From Bilabrum cf. latius (Eukaryota), in NCBI GenBank assembly GCA_965178125.1, contig OZ237755.1, positions 434,001-498,000 on the forward strand: DNA of 64,000 bases. The letters run 5' to 3'. Shown here piece after piece: positions 60,089 to 64,000 of the stretch (its first letter is position 1; each line of letters begins with the position of its first letter). Made by a program: the position numbers and the translations under genes. The notes below the pieces were generated by a model that saw only the letters and a program-made list of their open reading frames with translations, was not told the DNA's origin and did not search any database.

Positions 60089-63000
60089 TTAGCGTCGCGA
60101 ACCGGGGTCGGCATCCTGCTTTGCCTAGGCTGCAGCAGCTGCCAGCCGCGCCCGCGCCTCAGCCAGCATGGAAGCACTTCCACCCTAGAAGTCGGAACCA
60201 GCTGCCGCGCTGCTTCTGCCAGTCGTATCCATGCCATGCTCCGCACCACGAGGGCCCGACGAGTTGCCGCGACCGGTGCTCCCACCACCTTGGCGCTCCG
60301 GAACAGCAGCGAGAGCAGACCGTCCGACTGCAGACCTGCCCCTATCGCCATACGCCGACTCGAATTCGTCCCTGCGCTAGTACTACTGGTGCTACCGAGC
60401 CGAATCGCCCCCATCTACCCCGCTAGCCAGGCCTCGTAATGCAGCAGCCGCGGATGAGACGTCATCCCGTCTCTGATGAACGCCTGCTGAGCGACCTCTT
60501 TCGTCGTGAATCATGCCGTCGTCCTGCCCGGCTCGGTCTAGTCGATCCAAGACAGATCGCGGGACAATCTAGGACTCCGACAGGCTGCCGGCAGATGCAA
60601 CGCTGCTCGCAGTCGATGCTTGCGAGGGCACTCGGTGTCTCAGCTCGTCCGCACGCGCGTGCTGCTGGCTATCCTGCGGCTCTGACCTTCGGCATGCGGG
60701 CGATGGCCCGCGTGGGGGCAATCCGCCAGCCGCACCGGCAGTCCCAAGACCGGTTGTGCCAGGCCCGGCGCCCTTGCCGTACCCTCTGCTGCTACCGTCT
60801 TGCTCCCCCCAGCCTGCGCCGTCTGTCATGTCTTGCTCTGTGAAGGAAGTCTCGTACTGAGTGGAATCAACCCTAGTTACGTCTTGACTTCGCTGGTGCG
60901 CATCATCTCCACGGGTAGATCTATCATTCGCGAGTCCAGCACCCTCGGCAGGCGGCTCCCGCCCACGTTGGGGCGCCCACGAGCTAGAACGCGTAGCCTT
61001 TCTATCTTGCGACCTCTGAGTTTCTACCAAGGAGCGCTGCAGCAGCTGCTTGTTAGCATCGGCGAGCTGCTGCACTGCCCTCTTGAGCTGGCTCTTTTCC
61101 GCTTCAGAGCGCGCCAGGCGAGCGTTAAGCACCTCCTGTGGCACAGCGGGAGGCTCAGCCTCCCGCACCAGGCTGGTTCTCAAAGCCGACCGCGATTGGG
61201 CGGGTGCATGGGCCGTGGCACCCTCGCTAGCATCTCTTGCAAACGATTCCTCCACATTGTTGTAGAGTCCCGGCTCGCCGCCTGCGCCAGCCGTTGCGTC
61301 CAGCCGAGATTGCAGCTCACTTGCGTCAACAGCCGCTGCCTGTGCCTGCCGCTTGACCAGCAGGAGGCGCTTTGAGGCAAGAACGATCCTCTCCTCTGCG
61401 CGCACTCTCCTGGCTCGATGCTCGTCACAGGTCTGGGAGAGCGAATCCAGGTACTTCTGTGCCCTATCCACGGCTTTGGCAACGGACTCAGGAAGCGCAA
61501 CACCGCTATGAGAGCCGCCTATGGCCGACCGCAGTCGTGGAGCGCCCGATCGGGACGCGCCGCCGCCATCGCTATCACCGTCACTGAAGGCAGCCGACTC
61601 CCCAATCCTCTATCCCTTGCCCCTTGAGCTCGATACTCCTCCGCTGCCTTCGCGGTACTCCTCCTCCTAATCGTCATCGTCGTCGTACTCGTCTTCTCCA
61701 CCAAGCTAGAACCTCCGCTTGAGCCGCAATCCAGGGGTACCCCCAGATCTGCGCTTTGTCGTCCTTCGCCTCGATGAACTAAGACCGGCACCTTTGCCAG
61801 CGGGTACCCCACCTTCGCCATCGCTGTCGCTGCCGATGCTGCTTGCAGTCCCTCCAACCGCGCGGCGGAGCCTGCTACCGCTGGCCGGGTACGCTTCCGA
61901 CCTAGATACACCTGCCGCCCACTCGGCGCACTCTCTCAGCAAAGCCTCTGCCTTTCGACGCATGCCCGACCAGTCATCATGTTCCCTAGATACCCGCTCG
62001 CGCAGCGTCTTCTTCAAATCACTTTCCAGCGCGTTCAGCCGTCTCGAGTACTCGAGCGCCTTTGACTGCCGCACCGCTCGAATGGCCTCATCCATGTCGC
62101 CCACGACGGCGGCTCGCAGCGTTTCCAGTTGATTTCGGCCCTCCTCCTCCGCGTCCCTCTCGTGTTCTTCCAGCACTCGCTGTCTGGTACTATCGAGTGA
62201 GCTTCGTAGAGCTTCCATGGCACGCGCCGTCTCAGCGTCGATGCGAGCGCTTGCTGCTGCTTTGGCTGCTTCCAGCCGCTCCTGACCCCTCTGCCTCTCT
62301 GCCTCCAGTTCTGCCTCCCTATCTCTGGACATTCTAACCTCTAGTGCCTCAATTTCAGCTGCCTACGCCCGCTTGAGCGCCTCCTGCAGCTCCCTGAGGT
62401 CGTCGTCCTTCCGCCGAGTGAGCTCTGCCTCGGCCTCCTTCACAGCGTCCTGGTGCTGCGCCTCCAAGGCAGCGCGAAGCTCCACCGCAGCAGCCTCCCG
62501 CTCCTACGTCAGGCGATCCGCGATGTCCTTGCGCCTCCCCGCGAGCCGGTCCTCGCTCTGCCTCATGGCCTCGGCTGCCAGCGACTCAGCTGCCTGGGTG
62601 TGTTCCTGCCTCGCCCGGTCCTCCAGCTCCGATTCCGCCCTGGCGGCAGCCGCCTCCAGCGCCCTCCTCGCGTCCGCCATGCGCTGCTCATGCTCCTGCC
62701 TCAGCTGTTCCCTGAGCGAACCCAGCCTCTCGTCGTTCTCTCTCTCGCATGCAGTCCTCAAGTCCCTCACGGCCTCCTCGAACCTGAGCTCGGCCTCTTC
62801 CCGCAGACGTGCCTCCGCCCTCTGGCCCCTGCTGCGGTGGCTGTCCTCTATGCGCTACAGTGCAGTGTCTTTGTCTTCCACCAGCTGCTGCGCCACTGCA
62901 TCCAGCCTCGCCTCCCTTTGCTTCTCCCCCTCGATCGCCACCATGGTCAGCAGCCGCTCCGACTGCTCCCGCGCCTGTTCCCTGAGGGCCTCTTCCCCTG

Positions 63001-63865
63001 CCAGCGCGTCCTGCTCCTGTCGCTGGAGCAGCTGTTCGGTCCATTCGCCCGCCTGCCTTGCGGCGTCCGCGGCTGCTTTGGCCATGCGGTCGACAGCCTG
63101 CGCCGTGGGCCCGCGAGCGGCTGCGTCCATTCGCTCCGCGACCTCTGTGCCCAGCAGGGTCTCGATCCTGCGCCGCAGGGCGGTTAGTTGTTCCCTGGAT
63201 TGATCTGCCAGGACATGAGCCCTGTGGCTGGCATCGTTCTGCACTTGTTCCCTGAAGGCATCGAGGACGGCTGCGTGTCCTGTCGGCATCACGGCGAGCT
63301 GGCCCGCACCCGCAGCACTTGCTCCGACAGAGCCACTGGTTCCGCCAGGATGCAACAAGCTCCCGTTTCGTACGCTCTACAGCGTCCGTTCAAAGTCCTG
63401 TTCCGCTTCTCGCACCGCCTTGGGTCTCGTATGGTACGCGTCAGGGTCACGCGTATGCCTCGTCGGCGATGCCTTCGTGCGACCAGATGACATTGTTCGG
63501 CGGCTGCGCGAAGGTGCAGATGACTGTGATGAAACAACTTTTGTAACCTGCTACGGGTTCCTATCGAGGCCCTTTGCCTTTCCAGGCGGGATCCACGCAG
63601 GAGGCGGTTGAGGGTTTCTCCTCTGCTCGGGACCCGAAGCTGATGATCGGGTTCGTCCATTTTGCGATGCAGAGCCAATACTTGCAACTGTTTCGTGATT
63701 TGATCCAGCACCGTGCGGGAGGGGCAGCGTCGGAGCTGGAGGCATCGGTCGGGCTGGTGAGATGGGACCAATTCCGGACAACCCGGTAGCCTCCGCAGCG
63801 CTATCCCTGTGATCGGCTGTCAGGCGCGCAAGCTACCGCAGAAAGCTTGAATCCTGAAATTCCAT
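60089..63865 (-). CDS. Hypothetical coiled-coil protein, ~1258 aa
   Basis: ATG 63865 in AAAAG-ATG context. Fragments ending 63551, 62855, 62504, 61706 and 60569 are in one frame joined by TAG. E/R/A/Q-rich helical middle. The first non-TAG stop is TAA at 60089-60091, with TGA four codons later at 60077. Confidence 0.75.
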
Positions 63866-64000
63866 CTTTTGTTTATCAGATACTCCCCAGCGCCTTTGAG
63901 GTTAGTGAAGGTGCCCAACGTCTACTTGCAGAATCGTGCAATGCATAGTAATATGTTAGTAGCGTGCAGATTCAAATGCAGTATTGATTTCGCGAGGGAA

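Noticed and set aside
1-64000. Mass pseudogenisation or RIP/APOBEC-like C>T damage as the cause of broken ORFs
   Set aside because: Only TAG interrupts the frames. C>T damage would also create TAA (from CAA) and TGA (from CGA), yet none were seen internally. There are no frameshifts and catalytic motifs are intact.
1-64000. Pyrrolysine or amber-recoded prokaryote/phage DNA
   Set aside because: Spliceosomal introns and eukaryote-specific genes (ArfGAP, UFD1, SHPRH, NPC2-like) show a eukaryotic nucleus. TAG sites match Gln contexts and no pyl genes are present.
1-64000. Tiny in-frame introns removing each TAG
   Set aside because: TAGs sit inside contiguous conserved motifs (I-TAG-IVGLSAT, C-TAG-CDPGW, DKHV-TAG-PS) with no nearby GTRAG donors, and the real introns here end in YGCAG.

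Overview
A gene-dense, GC-rich, intron-poor eukaryotic (protist-type) nuclear region with 18 protein-coding genes: 17 complete and one running off the left edge. The main signal is a non-standard genetic code. The supplied ORF track is fragmented because TAG is read as a sense codon. In each gene the fragments lie in one frame and are separated only by TAG. Conserved motifs and poly-Gln runs indicate TAG = Gln (HELQ I-[TAG]-IVGLSATMPN, TAG heading a (CAG)7 run, acid-ceramidase-like DKHV-[TAG]-PS). Sixteen of the 17 complete genes end in TGA and one reaches TAA first. I saw no in-frame internal TAA, so UAA and UAG appear uncoupled. Read this way, the window encodes an SHPRH-like SNF2 helicase, an ExoIII/APE endonuclease, an EGF + beta-propeller glycoside-hydrolase-like protein, an ArfGAP, an ankyrin protein, a TopoVI-B-like GHKL protein, a HELQ-like helicase, a GT92-like glycosyltransferase, an ML/NPC2 protein, an LRR protein, a UFD1-like protein, an ATP-grasp protein, a coiled-coil/PH protein, a Patched/NPC1-like transporter, an acid-ceramidase-like Ntn hydrolase and three low-complexity or coiled-coil hypotheticals. 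Most genes sit in head-to-head pairs about 170-280 bp apart. All 15 inferred introns are GTRAG...YGCAG and 82-187 nt long. No tRNA, rRNA, CRISPR or transposon was recognised. Gene models were built by hand and product calls rest on motif recognition, not database searches.
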